Of a DNA stretch of 64,000 nucleotides, positions 21,613-35,640 are shown one piece after another (position 1 is the first letter of the stretch; every line of letters starts with the position of its first letter). The translations under genes were made by a program, and so were the position numbers. Under the pieces are notes generated by a model. It worked only from the letters and a program-made list of their open reading frames with translations, was not told where the DNA came from and made no database searches. The DNA comes from Azolla caroliniana. Lineage: Eukaryota > Plantae > Polypodiophyta. The stretch lies in contig JBHGNT010000001.1 in NCBI GenBank assembly GCA_043228905.1, positions 17,484,001-17,548,000 of the forward strand, given 5' to 3'.

Positions 21613-24600
21613 TGTCGTGGAGAAAACCATCCCTAGGCGGAAACCGGGTATAACGTGCGTAAACCGGCCCTTACACGTGGGCACAAGTTTTGTTGTATAG
21701 TACGTAGGTAGGTACAAGTCGGTTGAGGTGAAATCCTAGGTAGCACGCATTCATTAGGGAGAAAATCGAGGCGTATCCTTGTCCAAAAGGACAGGGAATA
21801 AACATGATGTAACGGGTGGTAACAGCCTCCCTCCTTGAGTTATAAAAGAGAGGGAGAGGTATTGTAAAAAGATATCGCGTTTTGTGGAGGACGAAGTGCT
21901 GCCAGACTGGAATCAAGCTCTTCTCCTCTGTCTTCTCCAGAGTCATTCTGTGCAGGTTTCGGGAGGCTGACTCTACTCCGCGGAACGCCCGAGTGCTTTC
22001 GGCAGAGTCTCCATCTCGCGTTCTGTGTGTGTGTGTAGGCGTCAGAGCTTATCACTCGCCGGCTTGCCGGTTGTAACTCCTTGATTTATATATACATATA
22101 CATTCATTCTGTCTCCATTGTTCAAAGTTAGTTGCAACTCCTGTGAATCTGTGTGTTTGTGCGCGTGTGAACGAGGCGGCAGAGGAATAGAAAGATGAGA
22201 GAGTCGGATCTTGCAGAAGCCACGACTTCGGTTATGGATCCGGATAGTGAGTGCGCGCGGAGGCACATGCGTCCTCGATAGGGCTATTGAAGCAGTCGTC
22301 GGCACGATAGGCCAGTTTGGTGGGAAGGACGCCACGAGCTATTTGGAGGCTTACCGAGCTGAAATGGTGATGAGGGACATCCTGGAGGACAAGCGACTAG
22401 CCGGGTTCCAATGGGTGGCTATGCCGGGCATCCATGCAGAGGTGCTTGAGGTACGGGCTGAGAGTCGGACCTGGGAAGAGTTTGAAGGTCGGCTCCTTGA
22501 AAAATACGGGCTTGATGACGCGCTTCCGCTATCGAAGTGCGACTTCATGGAATGGGTGGAGACCCTCGAAAAGGGGAGAAACGCGTCGGTGCTCCTTCGG
22601 AAGTTTGAAGAACGCTTCGCATGTCTTTCGGCGCTGGACTGGACCGTACTAGACACAAGTCGTGTCCTATTGTTCGTTAAATCGGTGGACGTAAGGGACC
22701 GGGAGAAAGTGGGCTTCCTGCTGGAGACCGATGACGGCCTAACAACCGATTGGGCTGTGGTAAAGAGAGTCTGCGGCCATTTTGACAAATGGCGTGAGTG
22801 GGTCGATAAAGGCTTGACGGGGGCGGGTTCTATTGCGACAAGGAAGGTTGAGGTTCCCCCACCGGCGCGAAGGGAAGAGCCCCGAGACTGGCTCGAGACC
22901 GGCTCGACTTCGACCAGCATGGTCAAAGGCTCGTTCGGAGGAGCGGCTCTAGAGGAGCTGACTCAGATGGTGAGAGACCTCCAGATTGCACAAGCACGGA
23001 GGGACAGCGGTGAACAAGTCCGTGACCAAAGGCCTCCGGCTAGGAACCGGTGCTTGTGGTGCAACGCGGTCGGCCATGCCCGAAAGGACTACGGGGACTT
23101 TGCCGAAGCGATAAGAGCTAACGTGGTGTACCTATGGAACGGTTGGGTACACGCTAGCGAGACCCGAAGGGCCCTAGATCTGAATGTCGGACGAGGGGTA
23201 TGAAACGGCTAATGGAAGAAGCGGCGGCTCGCCACGCGAAGACCGTCCAATACTCGGCGTCGGCTGGAATCCGGGTTGGAATTGATGGTCCGGAAGACGA
23301 AGGAAGCCAGATTCTGGCCGTTGATGCTGGAAGGCCTCGCCGGCATACGGCTAAGGAAAGAGGAAGCAGACTACGCAGAAAGACGGGCTTCGTTGAAGCT
23401 GCTTGCCAAAACTACAAGGTCCTGGTGGAGGACAAGCGTGCGGGTAAGACAAGAGGGGCCGGTGGTATGAGACCCGGTTCGGGCAAAAGTAGAATGATGC
23501 CGGTACAACTGGCGCACCGTATAAAGCCAAGAGGGTCAGGTACCGATTGAGCACGGAGATCGAGAGGACCACGGACCTGCGAAAGGTCCTCGAGGAACGT
23601 ATCCTCGACAACAAACTGGAGTTGTCACTGAGGGAACTGCTCGGAATCGCCAAGGAGTTCCACGACTCCATCGTGGACTTGGTGAAGCGGAAAAGGCTTT
23701 TAACAGAGCCGGAGCCAGAGAAGCCGGTGGAGGTGCGAATGACGCACCTAGAAGACATGGCTCTAGAAGACGAGTTGGCGGAGAGCCAATATTCAAGGCC
23801 ACATTGGGCTAGAGCAACCACGGAGACCCCTGTTAAGATCGGAAATGTTCAGGAGCCGGTGTTGGCGTTGGTGGACCATGGTTCAGAAATCAACTTGATG
23901 TCCATGGACTTCTACAAGAAGGGGAAGTGGCTGATCTACACCAAGCACGGGTGGAAAATACGGGCAACAACGCGCGCCACGGAAGAGCTGCATGGAGCCT
24001 GCTTGAATGTATGAGTGAAAATCGGCGATGTCGAGATCGATCAGCACTTCTTCGTGCAGGAGACATCCTCGCATCCGGTTATACTCGGGGAACCGTACAT
24101 CACGGCGGCACAGATGGAGACAAAGGTGCTGGACATCGGTTCGGCATATGCACGAGTCCAGAGTCAGGATGGGCGTCACTCAGTCCAGTTCTTGACAGTG
24201 CGACCGAACCATGAGCATAACTGCGAGACCCTAGTGGCAAAAACCGAGGGGATTTTTAGAGAGAGCTATCAAGGTGTGGGGCCGCGATAGTCCAAACACC
24301 CCGGAAAAACCCCACAGATGTACTATAGGCAAAAAGACTTGTACCATAGGTAGGAAATTTTGGTTCTCCGATAGCGGAGGTTGTATGATAGCCGGCGTAG
24401 TTGGCCGGGAAAAGAAGCGGGCGGAGGAGCGACTTCGGGCACGCGGAGTCCTCGGCCCTGAAGAGGAAATCAACGGAGCCGTGAAGGCGGTCTCTTTCGA
24501 CGACACCTTGGGGAAGTTACGGGAGGTGTTCGGAGAAGGCCTTAATGAGGACCGGACGATTCTGGTATGTTCGGAAAGGATGTACATAGTGATCGCCAAC

Positions 24601-27600
24601 TTCGGTAATGGACTCGAGTCGGATTGGATGGCCCGAGTGGATACAAAGTACAAGACTGTGGACCGGAAGATGAGGCCAGTTGTGGCACCCTTGCCGGAGG
24701 GTAGCGAGTTACGGATAAAGGGGGTCGCATCGGACCCAAGTTTACGAGATCCGGCCAGCATAGGATACACGTTCACTGACATAACGCTACGGGAGCTCAA
24801 GATCGGTGGGGGTGGCTTTCTAATGCCGGCAGAAGAGGACCAGTTTCAGAGAATGCTCTGGAGGCTCGGGAAGGCTTTCGCATTCTCACCGGAGGAGATC
24901 AGGTGCGTAGACCCGACGGTTGTGGAACCAATGGTGATCTTCACGGTACCGCATGTGCCGTGGAATCTCAAACCGATTCAGATACCCAAAGCTCACATCT
25001 CGAAGCTGATGGAGCTGCTGAAACAGAAGGTGGAGATGGGCATCCTCGAACCATCGAGTGCCCCATATTCGAATCGGTGGTTTACCGTGCCAAAGAAGAA
25101 CGACACACTACGCTTCATACAGGACCTGCATCCGGTCAACAAGGTGACCATTCGAAATGCAGGTATCGGACTGACCATTGGTGAGTTCGCGGAGGCCTTC
25201 GCAGGGAGGTCGATCTACTCGGTCGGGGATCTGTACTCAGGGTATGATCAATTCCAACTAGCCGTAGAGAGCAAGGATGTCACGACGATGCGGACTCCTC
25301 TCGGCCTAGTTTAGATGTGTACCCTACCGCAAGGGGGAACTAACTCGGTGGCGCACATGGTGAATGCGATGAGCAAGGTGTTGAGGGACTGCATCCCGGA
25401 CATCACCATGCCGTTTCTGGACGACATCCCGATCAAAGGATGTCCGGTGGAGGCCAAGGATGAGTGGATCGAGCCCGACGGTTGCTGGAGGTTCGTGACG
25501 GATCACATCCGCGACTGCGAGAAGGTGCTAAAAAGACTCAGGAGAGCACGACTCACCTTCTCTAGAGAAAAATTAGCCTTCGGACAGCCGGAGATCTTGG
25601 TAGTGGGACACCTGTGTGGACCGTACGGCTGGAAGCCGCCCCCGGCGAAGGTAGAAGCCATATCCGTGATGAAGGATGATTGCAGGTCGGTCACGGAGGT
25701 CCGAAGGATCCTGGGGGCATGTGCGTTCTATCACATCTGGATTCCGCACTACACACATGTCGCACAACTGCTTTATGGGTTATTAAAGAAAGCGAGCCGG
25801 TTCGAATGGAGGACCGTGCACATGGAGTCGGATTGGAGACTAAAAGAGGCGCTCGCTGTGGCACCGGCTCTCCGGAAAGCGGTTTACGGTAAGGAAATCC
25901 CCATTTACGTGATGGTGGACACGAGCCTGATCGGGATGGGGTGGGTGATCAATCAGGAAGATGAAACGGCGTACGGTTCCTGATCCGGCTCGGGGCAAAG
26001 GTATTGAGCGCGCGGCAGCGAGGATACGCCCAAATCAAGTGTGAGCTATGGGGTATCATTTCGGCAGTTAAGGCCGACAAGGACTATCTGATCGGGACGA
26101 AAGTGATCATCGAGACAGACTGCCTACCGATTCTGGGTATGGTTTCTGGATGCGCGACGCCGGACCTAGCAATGCTCAGGTGGATAGCGTACATCAAGTC
26201 CCTGAATCCGGAAATACAACACATTTCCGGAAAGGAAAATGCCATTGGCCGACATGCTTTCGAGAGGGAGGTTCGATGACGAGGACGGCATGGTTGCGGA
26301 GGACGAGGAAGTCGGTGTGGACTTCTTTGAGGCGGCTTACGTAACAACAAGAAAGGGGAGCACTCCGGCACTTAATGAATTCAACGAGAGCAAGTACGAT
26401 GGGGAGTGGCTCCAGATCGGTGGGTTCCTGAAGACAATGACACCGGACGCAACGTGGACGAAGGAAGAGACCAACCGGATTCGGAAGAAAGCGTACCGAT
26501 TCTTCCTACAGGGCGGGAGCATATGGAAGCACCCAAAGAAGAGAAATGGCATCCTGCTCCGAGTGGTGGCGAGGAAAGAGGAACAAGAAGAATTGCTGAC
26601 GGCCTACCACGGGAAGTACTGGTGGCCGGAACTATACCGGGACATGCATCGGTTCGGGACGACTTGCGAAAGCTGTCACGTGCACTCCATTGTCTGACAT
26701 TGGGACGAGCTTCACCCGGCCTACCCTCCGACCGTCCACTTCAAGTGGATGGTGGATCTGGTGACAATGCTGATGGGGGTAGGGCAGATGCGGTATCTGG
26801 TGTTGGCTCGGGAGGACCTGACGAAGCAGGTGGAAGGTCGAGCGTTGCAGAACAAAACGACCTTGGCCGTGTGCCGATTTCCGATCAAAGAAGTGGTGTG
26901 TTGGTACGGGTGTGTATGTAAGATCGTGGCTGACCACGGAGAATTGGACGTGCAAGAGGGGGAAGAGTTGTTTGACCGTCTAGGGATTAAACTCTCGCTC
27001 ACCACAGCGTACAATCCGGAGGCTAACGGGAAGGTTGAATGCGGACACGGGCCGATCGTCAAAGCGTTGGTATGGGCGTGTGGAGGCCTAGTCGGGAACT
27101 GGCCGTGGCTCTTACCCTATGCGTTGTGGGCAAACCGAACTATGCACAGTTCAGTAACCGAGTTCATGCCGGCAGAGCTAATGTACGGGCAGAAGCCGAT
27201 TATGCCAACGGAGCAGACAATCTCCTCATGGGCCATGGTGGACTGGAAAGACGAGATGAGCCGGGAGGAGCTGTTAGCGGCACAGATTCATCAGCTGGAG
27301 CGAAGACCGGAGGATGTGGACCGACAGCGGAGAAGCTACAGGTGGCGAGGGCAAAGAACAAAGGACGGTTCGACTGGACTCACCGACGAAGACCAAAGAA
27401 GATCGAGGAAGGCGACTGGGGAAACGGATCAAAGCATTCAAAAAGCGGCACGAGGCTGAACCTGACCCAGACGACTTTGATAGCGACAACGACCAGCTTG
27501 GAACGGATGTCGATCCGGAAGACGAAGGATAAGCGTGGGTAGGTTTTCTCTAGCAAGAGTCTAATTTTGGCGCATACCGGTGGATGTGCAGTTAGGTGGG

Positions 27601-28262
27601 GGCGGATGTCGTGGAGAAAACCGTCCCTAGGCGGAAATCGGGTATAACGTGCATAAACCGGCCCTTACACGTGGGCATAAGTTTTGTTGTATAGTACGTA
27701 GGTAGGTACAAGTCGGCTGAGGTGAAATCCTAGGTAGAAAATCGAGGTGTATCCCCGTCCGAAAGGACAGGGAATAAACATGATATAACGGGTGGTAACG
27801 GCCTCCCTCCTTGGGCTATAAAAGAGAGGGAGAGGTATTGTAAAAAGATATCGCGTTTTGTGGAGGACGAAGTGCTGCCGGACTGGAACCGAGCTCTTCT
27901 CCTCTGTCTTCTCCATAGTCGTTCTGTGCAGGTTTCGGGAGGCTGACTCTACTCCGTGGAACACCCGAGTGCTTCCGGCAGAGTCTCCATCGCGCGTTCT
28001 GTGTGTGTGTGTGTGTGTGTGTGCAGGCGTCAGAGCCTATCACTTGCGGGCTTGCCAGTTGTAACTCCTTGATTTATATATACATATATATTCGTTCTGT
28101 CTCCATTGTTCAGAATTAGTTGCAACTCCTGTGAATCTGTGTGTCTATGCGCGTGTAAAGTACATCGGTAGTTTCCTTGCCCTCTTCCCATTCGATTATT
28201 TCTCGGTCCAAGGCCCCCATGGTCCCGCCTCGTTCTCCACGCACGCGCGTAACAACGCGACA
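21613..28262 (+). mobile_element. Near full-length decayed Ty3/Gypsy element (gag-PR-RT-RNaseH-INT)
   Basis: LTRs 21613-~22160 (3' end and PBS deleted) and 27607-28262, PPT GGTGGGGGCGGA, flanking ACGT/ACGT. Motifs CLWCNAVGH, ALVDHGSEINLM, PFLDDIPIKG, IIETDCLPI, TTAYNPEANGKVE. Confidence 0.88.
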
Positions 28263-28532
28263 ACGTGAGACCAAAGAGATGGACGGTGGCGGCGGCAAGA
28301 CAGGCGAACGAGACAATGAGGAGAATGAGGAAGATTGTAGCGGGAGGAGGTGAGATCTCTCAACACCGGTGCTGGAGACTATGGCGATTGCCCCCGACTA
28401 CCAACATAAGACCAAAGAGACGGCAGGTGGCGGCGAGGAGTCGGAGGTCGAAACAGATGTGGATGCCAAAACGGGTATCCGGTACGGAAAGATGGATGAG
28501 CGGGGCCAAGAGTGCCAATCGGAGTTGGAAAG

Positions 28533-31500
28533 TGAAAATGATTACTTGCGGAAGCGTTAGAAAACAGAGAAAGCAGAGAATACACAGAGTACCCGGGAGA
28601 GACAGAGAGAGCAGAACGTAAAAGCTATATTCAAAACAATATAAACACTCTGTCGATACAACTATGCTCAGTAGCACTATTTATACAAGTCCTCGTGGGA
28701 CTGACAAGAGTACCGCGTACTTCAATGCTCACACGAGCATCTGACACTTACTACGAGACTATAACTGCCTAGTAGTTTAAACTAATACTAGGCTTCCGGT
28801 TACCGATTGGATCCGGCAAACTGGCTCCCCAGCTCACCAACTCTGTTGCTTGCCGGCTCGGTTGCTCACTGGCTTACTGATCCATCTCGCTCACCGGCTC
28901 AGGGTTATCCAGCCGATCCGACTCCAGTTAGTGTCAGCCTCTGTGGCAGTCGGTTCTTCCGACCGACTTCTCCTGGCGTCGCTTCGCCTTGCTCGCGCTC
29001 CTCGTCCGGTCCGGTTTTGTTGGCCGCGACCCCTCTTGTTCTGCACACCTTGACCTCCTTGGTCGTCTTGTCTGCTCAACAGGCCCAATTCAGCTCCCTT
29101 GCTGCTGTGACTTCAACGCGTTTTGGCTCACCGATTCCTACGTGTTGGCATTGACTTTCACTGCCTTCTTGTCCTCTTTGCCTTGAATTGATCCGGTTCT
29201 TCCGAATCTGTCTGTTGAACCGAATCAACTGTCTCTGATTCATTCCAGCTCTTGTCCGAATCGGTTGCTCCCGATTCGTCTTCTAGTTCCAAGCCCTTCA
29301 ACACAACGGACCATGTCCGGGTCTTGGCCTTCTTCCTTCGGTCAGCTCTGTCCTTCTTGACTCTGCCGCCGCTGCCGCTTGTTCCAACTTGTTCGGATGT
29401 GTCAACTCGACTCCTTTCTTCTTCTTGACTCTCCCTTCGTCGGTTCTTCCCTCACCGGTGCAATCGGCAGTCTCTTTGCCTTTGCTCATTCCGATGTCTT
29501 TGCCCATTCTCCCCCTCAAGTGTGGCACGTTGAGATGCTGAACACCAAGCATTTCGGTGAAGTGCTGCAACTTGTCCAATCCGAGTGGTTTGGTGAAGAT
29601 GTCGGCAACTTGTCGATCCATGTGAACATACCGAAGTTCGACCTCACCGCTCAAGACACGCTCATGCACGAAGTGATAGTGCACTTCTATGTACTTTCTG
29701 CGAGCATGGAATACGGGGTTCTTGGCGAGTTGTATGCTGCTTATGTTGTCGTAGTAGACCAGAATCGGGGTCGGTACCTCGATCCGTAGGTCTTGCAGCA
29801 GTTGCCGAAGCCAAATGGCTTCACAGGTGGCAATGGTAGCGTCCCGATACTTAGCCTCAGTGCTCGACAAAGCATATGTTGGCTGCTCCACGCAACAGCC
29901 GCGCTACCTAGGGAAAACATGTAACCGGAGGTTGATCGGCGATCTGATGTATCGCCGGCCCAGTCGGCATCTATGTAACCGACCAGCTCTATGGATATAC
30001 CGTGCCGGTAGAACAGGCCCCGGTCCTTCGTGCCGCTTACATATCGCAGTATCCGCTGCGCGCATTGAAGGTGCTCCACGGTCGGCTTTTGCATGAACTG
30101 ACTTATCATTCCGACCGGATAGTTGATGTCGGGTCGTGTGATAGTCAAGTAAATAAAGCTTCCGACAATTTGTCGGAACCGTTTCTCGTTGCAGATTGGT
30201 CCTAAGTTGGGACGAAGCTTCTCGTTTCGGTCCAAGGGTGTGGAGACAAGTCGGCATTCTGTCATGCCGAACTTGTACAACATATTCAAGACGTAATGTC
30301 GTTGTGAGAGCAATATGCCGTCGGGGGTTCGGATCACCTCGATCCCAAGAAAATAATGAAGGTCCCGCGGTTCCTTCATCTCAAATGCATCCGACAACTG
30401 GGACTTGACGCGGTTGACTTCTGGAAGACCCGGTCCAGTGATGACTAAATCATCAACATATAACAGGATACATACCGGAACGGCTAAGCCTTGCCGGATG
30501 AACAACGAAGAGTCGGCCTTGGAGGCCGCAAACCCCATCTTGTGCAGCTAGTGTGTGATCTTCGCATTCCAAGCTCGAGGGGCTTGCTTCAAGCCATACA
30601 ATGACTTCTTCAGCCGGCATACCGCAGACTTGTTCATCTCCAATTGAAAACCGGGGGGACCTCTTGTTGCTGCAACCGCCAGCACCACATGAGCCATTGT
30701 CATCTTGGCTACCGGAGTGAAGGTCTCATCGTAGTCGATTCCGTGGGTCTGCGCGTATCCCTTTGCCACTAACCAGGCCTTGTACCAGTTCACTAAACCG
30801 TCAACGTTGTACTTTACCTTGTACACCCTCTTGCATCCGATCGGTTTACAGTGACGGGGAGGGTCGACTAGGTCCCATGTCTCGTTGACATCAAGTGCCT
30901 GCATTCTTCCTCCATAGCGGCATGCCAATTTGCGTCCTTTGCCGCTTCTGCGTAGCTCTCCGGCTCACACACTTCCGCCACCTTCGTCATGTACACATAG
31001 TGATGCGCCATGTACTCATTGTACCCGTACTGCGTGACGGGATCCTTCAGGCGGGTGGACCGGCGTAACTCATCGTTACCCGGTTTAAGGCCTTTCTTGG
31101 CCGGTTCGGTCTTCGTTGCCGAAGATCCGCCTTTCTCCCTGCCGGAGTCGGATGCACACCGATCCGACTCATCGTTTCTGGTTTCGAATTCCGACATCTT
31201 TTTCTTTCCTTTCTCTTTGCACGTGAACCGTCTCCTCGGTTCCTTGCGCGGGGAGTGCACGACAGAGTCTCCACTACTCGCCGGTTCCTCATTGGACTGG
31301 TCGGATTGACTCAGTCTCTCGTTCGGCCCACTCAACCAAAACGAGTTCGGACTCTCATCCTGAGTCCACGCTTCATCGTCATCTACCTAGGCCGGTTCAA
31401 GGGCACTAGCCTCATCCTCCGGTATCGGGTCGAATTCGGAAGTCGGAGCCGGTAAGGAGTACCACGATGCCGATTCATCGAACTCGACATCTCGACTAAC

Positions 31501-34153
31501 TTGGACCTGCTTTGTCCGGGGGTTATAACACTTATAACCCTTTTGCTCTTGAGAATAGCCGACTAGGATGCCTTTTTCTGATTTTGCATCCAGCTTCCTC
31601 CGCTTCTCATCCGGTACATGCACATATGCAATGCAGCTGAAGATCTGAAGGTGTCTCAAATTCGGCTTGCGTCCGAAATACAGCTCATGAGCTGACACCT
31701 TGTCATTGATCCGGTTCTGGATGTATACATCCGTTTGGACTGCCTCCGCCCAGTAGAAATTGGGCATGCTTTTCTCCTCCAACATTGCCCTTGCCGCATC
31801 AATAAGCGACTGGTTCTTCCATTCGGCAATACCGTTCTGTTGCGGTGTGTATCTGCAGCTGAACTCTCGCTGAATTCTCTTTTGCTGCAGATAACTGTTG
31901 AATTGGCCGGAAAAGTATTCTTTTCCGTCATCCGACCGCAAGCATTTGATTTTCCTCTCCGATTCCCGTTCCACCATGCTTTGGAGACTCCGGAAACACT
32001 TGAAGACTTCACTCTTCCGCTTAATGAGGTAGATCCATGTGTCCCGCGTATAGTCGTCGATGAAGGAGACGAAATATTGACTCCCGCCAAGACTAACATT
32101 CTGTGCCAGTCCCCACACATCCGAATGGATAAGGTCGAGCTTGTTACGGCTCTGGTTACGTTTGGTAGGGAATGGAAGCCGGTGTTACTTCCCGAGTTGG
32201 CAGGCTTCACATATTTGGGTCTTCCGGCCGCTGAGCTTCGGCAAACCGAAAACAACTTTTTTCTCTTGTAGGTCTTGAAGCCTCCGGTAATTGACGTGGC
32301 CTATCCGCTTGTGCCACAGGTCGATATCCGATTCGACCTTCTGTCCGTTTGCAAACAGAGCGGTACCGACGTCGTTGGTGTCGAGGATAAACATCCTCCC
32401 GTCTCTGCGCCCTTGCGCAATAATCTGGCCCTTTTCCTCGATGAAGCACCCGAGGTGCGTAAACCCGACGATCTGTCCGACCGACACCAGGTTCTTCGTG
32501 ATTGTCGAAACGTGTAATACGTTCATCAGCTTCTCCTTCTGTCCGACATGGCTCAAAGGGACTTCTCCGACGTGCACAATTGGGTGAGGAGTGTCGTCTC
32601 CGGTTTCGACTACTCCTGGTTGATCCGGTTTCTCCAAAAAGGAGAACCACTCTTTGTGGCTCGTCATGTGGTTCGACACACCGGAATCAACATACCACAC
32701 TTCCTCCGATTTGGAAGTGGTCTTCTTCATGGAGTTTGCCTCGTGCTTCATCACTAAGGTTGGCCCGTTAGCGTTCTTGGATCCTCCTGATCCCTTTGTG
32801 TAGTGCGAGCTTTGCCGGCCATCGTTGCCGGCCTTGTCGGATCCGGATTTGTCTGAATCGGCGCATTTTCTCTAGCACTCACTTTTTCTGTGGCCCTTTT
32901 TGCCACAGTACTAGCATTCCGTTGTAGTCTTCTCTTGCCGTCTACCAGTGCCGCCATGACTCCCCCTGCTCCCGGAGGGTCCGGAACTGTTGTCGGCACG
33001 TTCTCTGTGCCTTTGTTCCTAGTCTTTCCGGCCGTCTCTATTGCGTGCCGACCCGCCTCGTCCACCATGCCGACAGGACCGATCTGCTTCCGTGTACAAC
33101 ATTCGGTTGTCAATGTGTACAAGGAGCATCGACTTAAAGTAGAAAAATGACAGTGTATTCTCCCTTGTACACACCGCTGTTTGGAACGCTCTGAACTTAG
33201 ACGCCAGGCCCCTAAGACAGACTTGTACCATCTGATCTTCCTCTACAGTAACATTGATAGAGACAAGCGAGTCACATATCTCTTTGATCCGGGCCGTGTA
33301 ATCCGCCACCGACATGTCCTTCTGTCAGACATTGCTCAACTCCTCTCGGAGTTGCAGCTTCCGGGTTGTAGTGCTGGCGGCGAAAACCTTCTTTAGGTTT
33401 CCCCAAGCCTCCTTCGGCGTCTTGGCGTCTCAGATGTGGCTCAGTAGCTGGTCTCCGACACTAGACGCGAAGCAGTACATCACTTTGCTTGCCGATTGTT
33501 CCCACACTGGGAAATCCTTATGTGCCACATTAGGTGTTGTTTCGTTGGCTCCTTCGACGAAACTCCAGTAGCCATGCCCAAGCAGGTACTGGTGCATCTT
33601 GTACGACCAAGATGTGTAGTTGGATCTGTCGAGTTTCTCCACAGGGAGCGAGGTAGCCATTCCTCTATCCATCACTTCTCTGTCTGTTGTTCTTACGACC
33701 TGTTAGGGTTTGCTTTCAAGTGTTTGTCGGCTGCAAAGGTTCTCAACCCTCGCAATCTGATACCATGAAAATGATTACTTGTGGAAGCATTAGAAAACAG
33801 AGAAAGCAGAGAATACACAGAGTACACGGGAGAGACAGAGAGAGCAGAACGTAAAAGCTATATTCAAAAAAATATAAACACTCTATCGATACAACTATGC
33901 TCAGTAGCACTATTTATACAAGTCCTCGTGGGACTGACAAGAGTACGCGTACTTCAATGCTCACACGAGCATCTGACACTTACTACGAGACTATAATTGC
34001 TTAGTAGTCTAAACTAATACTAGGCTTCCGGTTACCGATTGGATCCGGCAAACCGACTCCCTAGCTCACCGGCTCTGTTGCTTGTCGGCTCGGTTGCTCA
34101 CTGGCTCAGGCTTATCCAGCCGATCCGGCTCCAGTTGAGGTTGCCGCTCAACC
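28533..34153 (-). mobile_element. Decayed Ty1/Copia element
   Basis: TSD GAAAG. LTR homology between 28533-~28930 and 33766-34137. Met-i PBS (CTGATACCA on +, ending at 33765). gag, WYVDSG, WHKRIGH, INT, LLYVDDL and ADIFTKPL motifs. Confidence 0.88.
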
Positions 34154-35124
34154 GAAAGGACTAGGACAACGAAGGGAGGAGGGGCCGACACGGAGGTTGG
34201 GTCTACTGCGGGTGAAGCGCGTAATACGAAGCATGCACTATGGCCGGTGGAGGAACAAGAAACAAGCATGCACCTAGAAGAGCAGCAACGAGTGACCGAA
34301 GATAGTGGTTGGGTTGAGCCTTTGAGAGGCAAGTATGAGACGGAAGACAGAGCGGTGAGGTGTCGAGACCGACGGACGATTGGCGTGAGCGGAGGAATGT
34401 GCCGAGGGAAATGAAGGACATGCACGGTGGACGAAGGAAGAGCGATCGGATCGGGGACATCATCTTGGAGGTCTACTATGACCGACCGGGGAGGAAGGCG
34501 CGAGCGTCGGGTATGGTGGATTAGATGGAGCCGACGGTTTGGGAACGCGTGGACGAATACGGTGGATCGTGAGGCTATGGTGGTTTGTGTGGAAAGGACG
34601 TGCATACATGAAATGGAAGACAAGGTTTGGCAAGTCCAACGAGCACACAGTGGAACTTGGTTGATCACCATTGCCGAAAATCTCACCTCTTCTTCTTTCT
34701 TGGCACATACTGCTGGATATGCGGTTTGGTGGGGGCGGATGTCATGAGGATTTTCGACCATGGTGGGAAAACCCGAGCGGAACGAATAAAACGAGATGTG
34801 CAACGTAGCACATATACTTATTAAATTCGTAACCTAGGAGTAAATAAGCAAATGTAAAGTGTAAGGTGTTCTACGAAAATTCGTTGAGTATAAATATGAT
34901 GATGTGGACTTTTGTGCACATGGACACGTTGGAAAGGGGAGTACGTGGGGGTACAAATATGATGGGAAATGGCATTGAAAGTGTGAGGGGAGAGAGTTAA
35001 AGGCCCACCGATTTAAGATCATGGGAGATATTCCCCATTAAAGGAAAGGGGATTTGACTCCTCTTTGTGTAATGTGCCTCACCCCTTACTACTATAAAAG
35101 GGAGTGAGGGGTCACTTTTGAGGG

Positions 35125-35640
35125 GTCTTCATTGTACTTTCGGTCATTTTGTGAAGAGGGAGCGTTTCGGGTGTGCCCATGCACCTCTCCTCCTCATAAA
35201 GAAGTACAAGAATTTTTGCATGTGTTTGTGTCTTCCTTGTACGTTCGGTTGTCTTCTGATGAGGGAGCGTTTCGGGCATGCCCATGCACCTCTCCTCCTC
35301 ATAAAGGCGTACAAGCATTTTTTGCGTGTTTGTGTCTTCCTTGTAGGTTCGGCCGTCTTGTGACGAGGGAGCGTTTCGGGCGTGCGCATGCACCTCTCCT
35401 CCTCATAAAGACATACGAGTATTTGTGTGTGTGTTTGTGTCTTCCTTGTACGTTCAGTCGTCTTGTGATGAGGGAGCGTTCGGGCTTGCCCATGCACCTC
35501 TCCTCCTCGTAAAGGCGTTGAGCATTTGTGCGTGTGTTTTGTGTCTTCCTTGGACATTCGGCCTTCTTGTGACAATGGAGCGTTCAGGCGTGCCCATGCA
35601 CCTCTCCTCCTCATAAAGATGTACGGGCATTCATGTTTGT
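35125..35640. repeat. Five ~104-bp tandem units inside the 3' LTR
   Basis: GC(C/G)CATGCACCTCTCC at 35175, 35280, 35384, 35488 and 35592. Confidence 0.9.
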
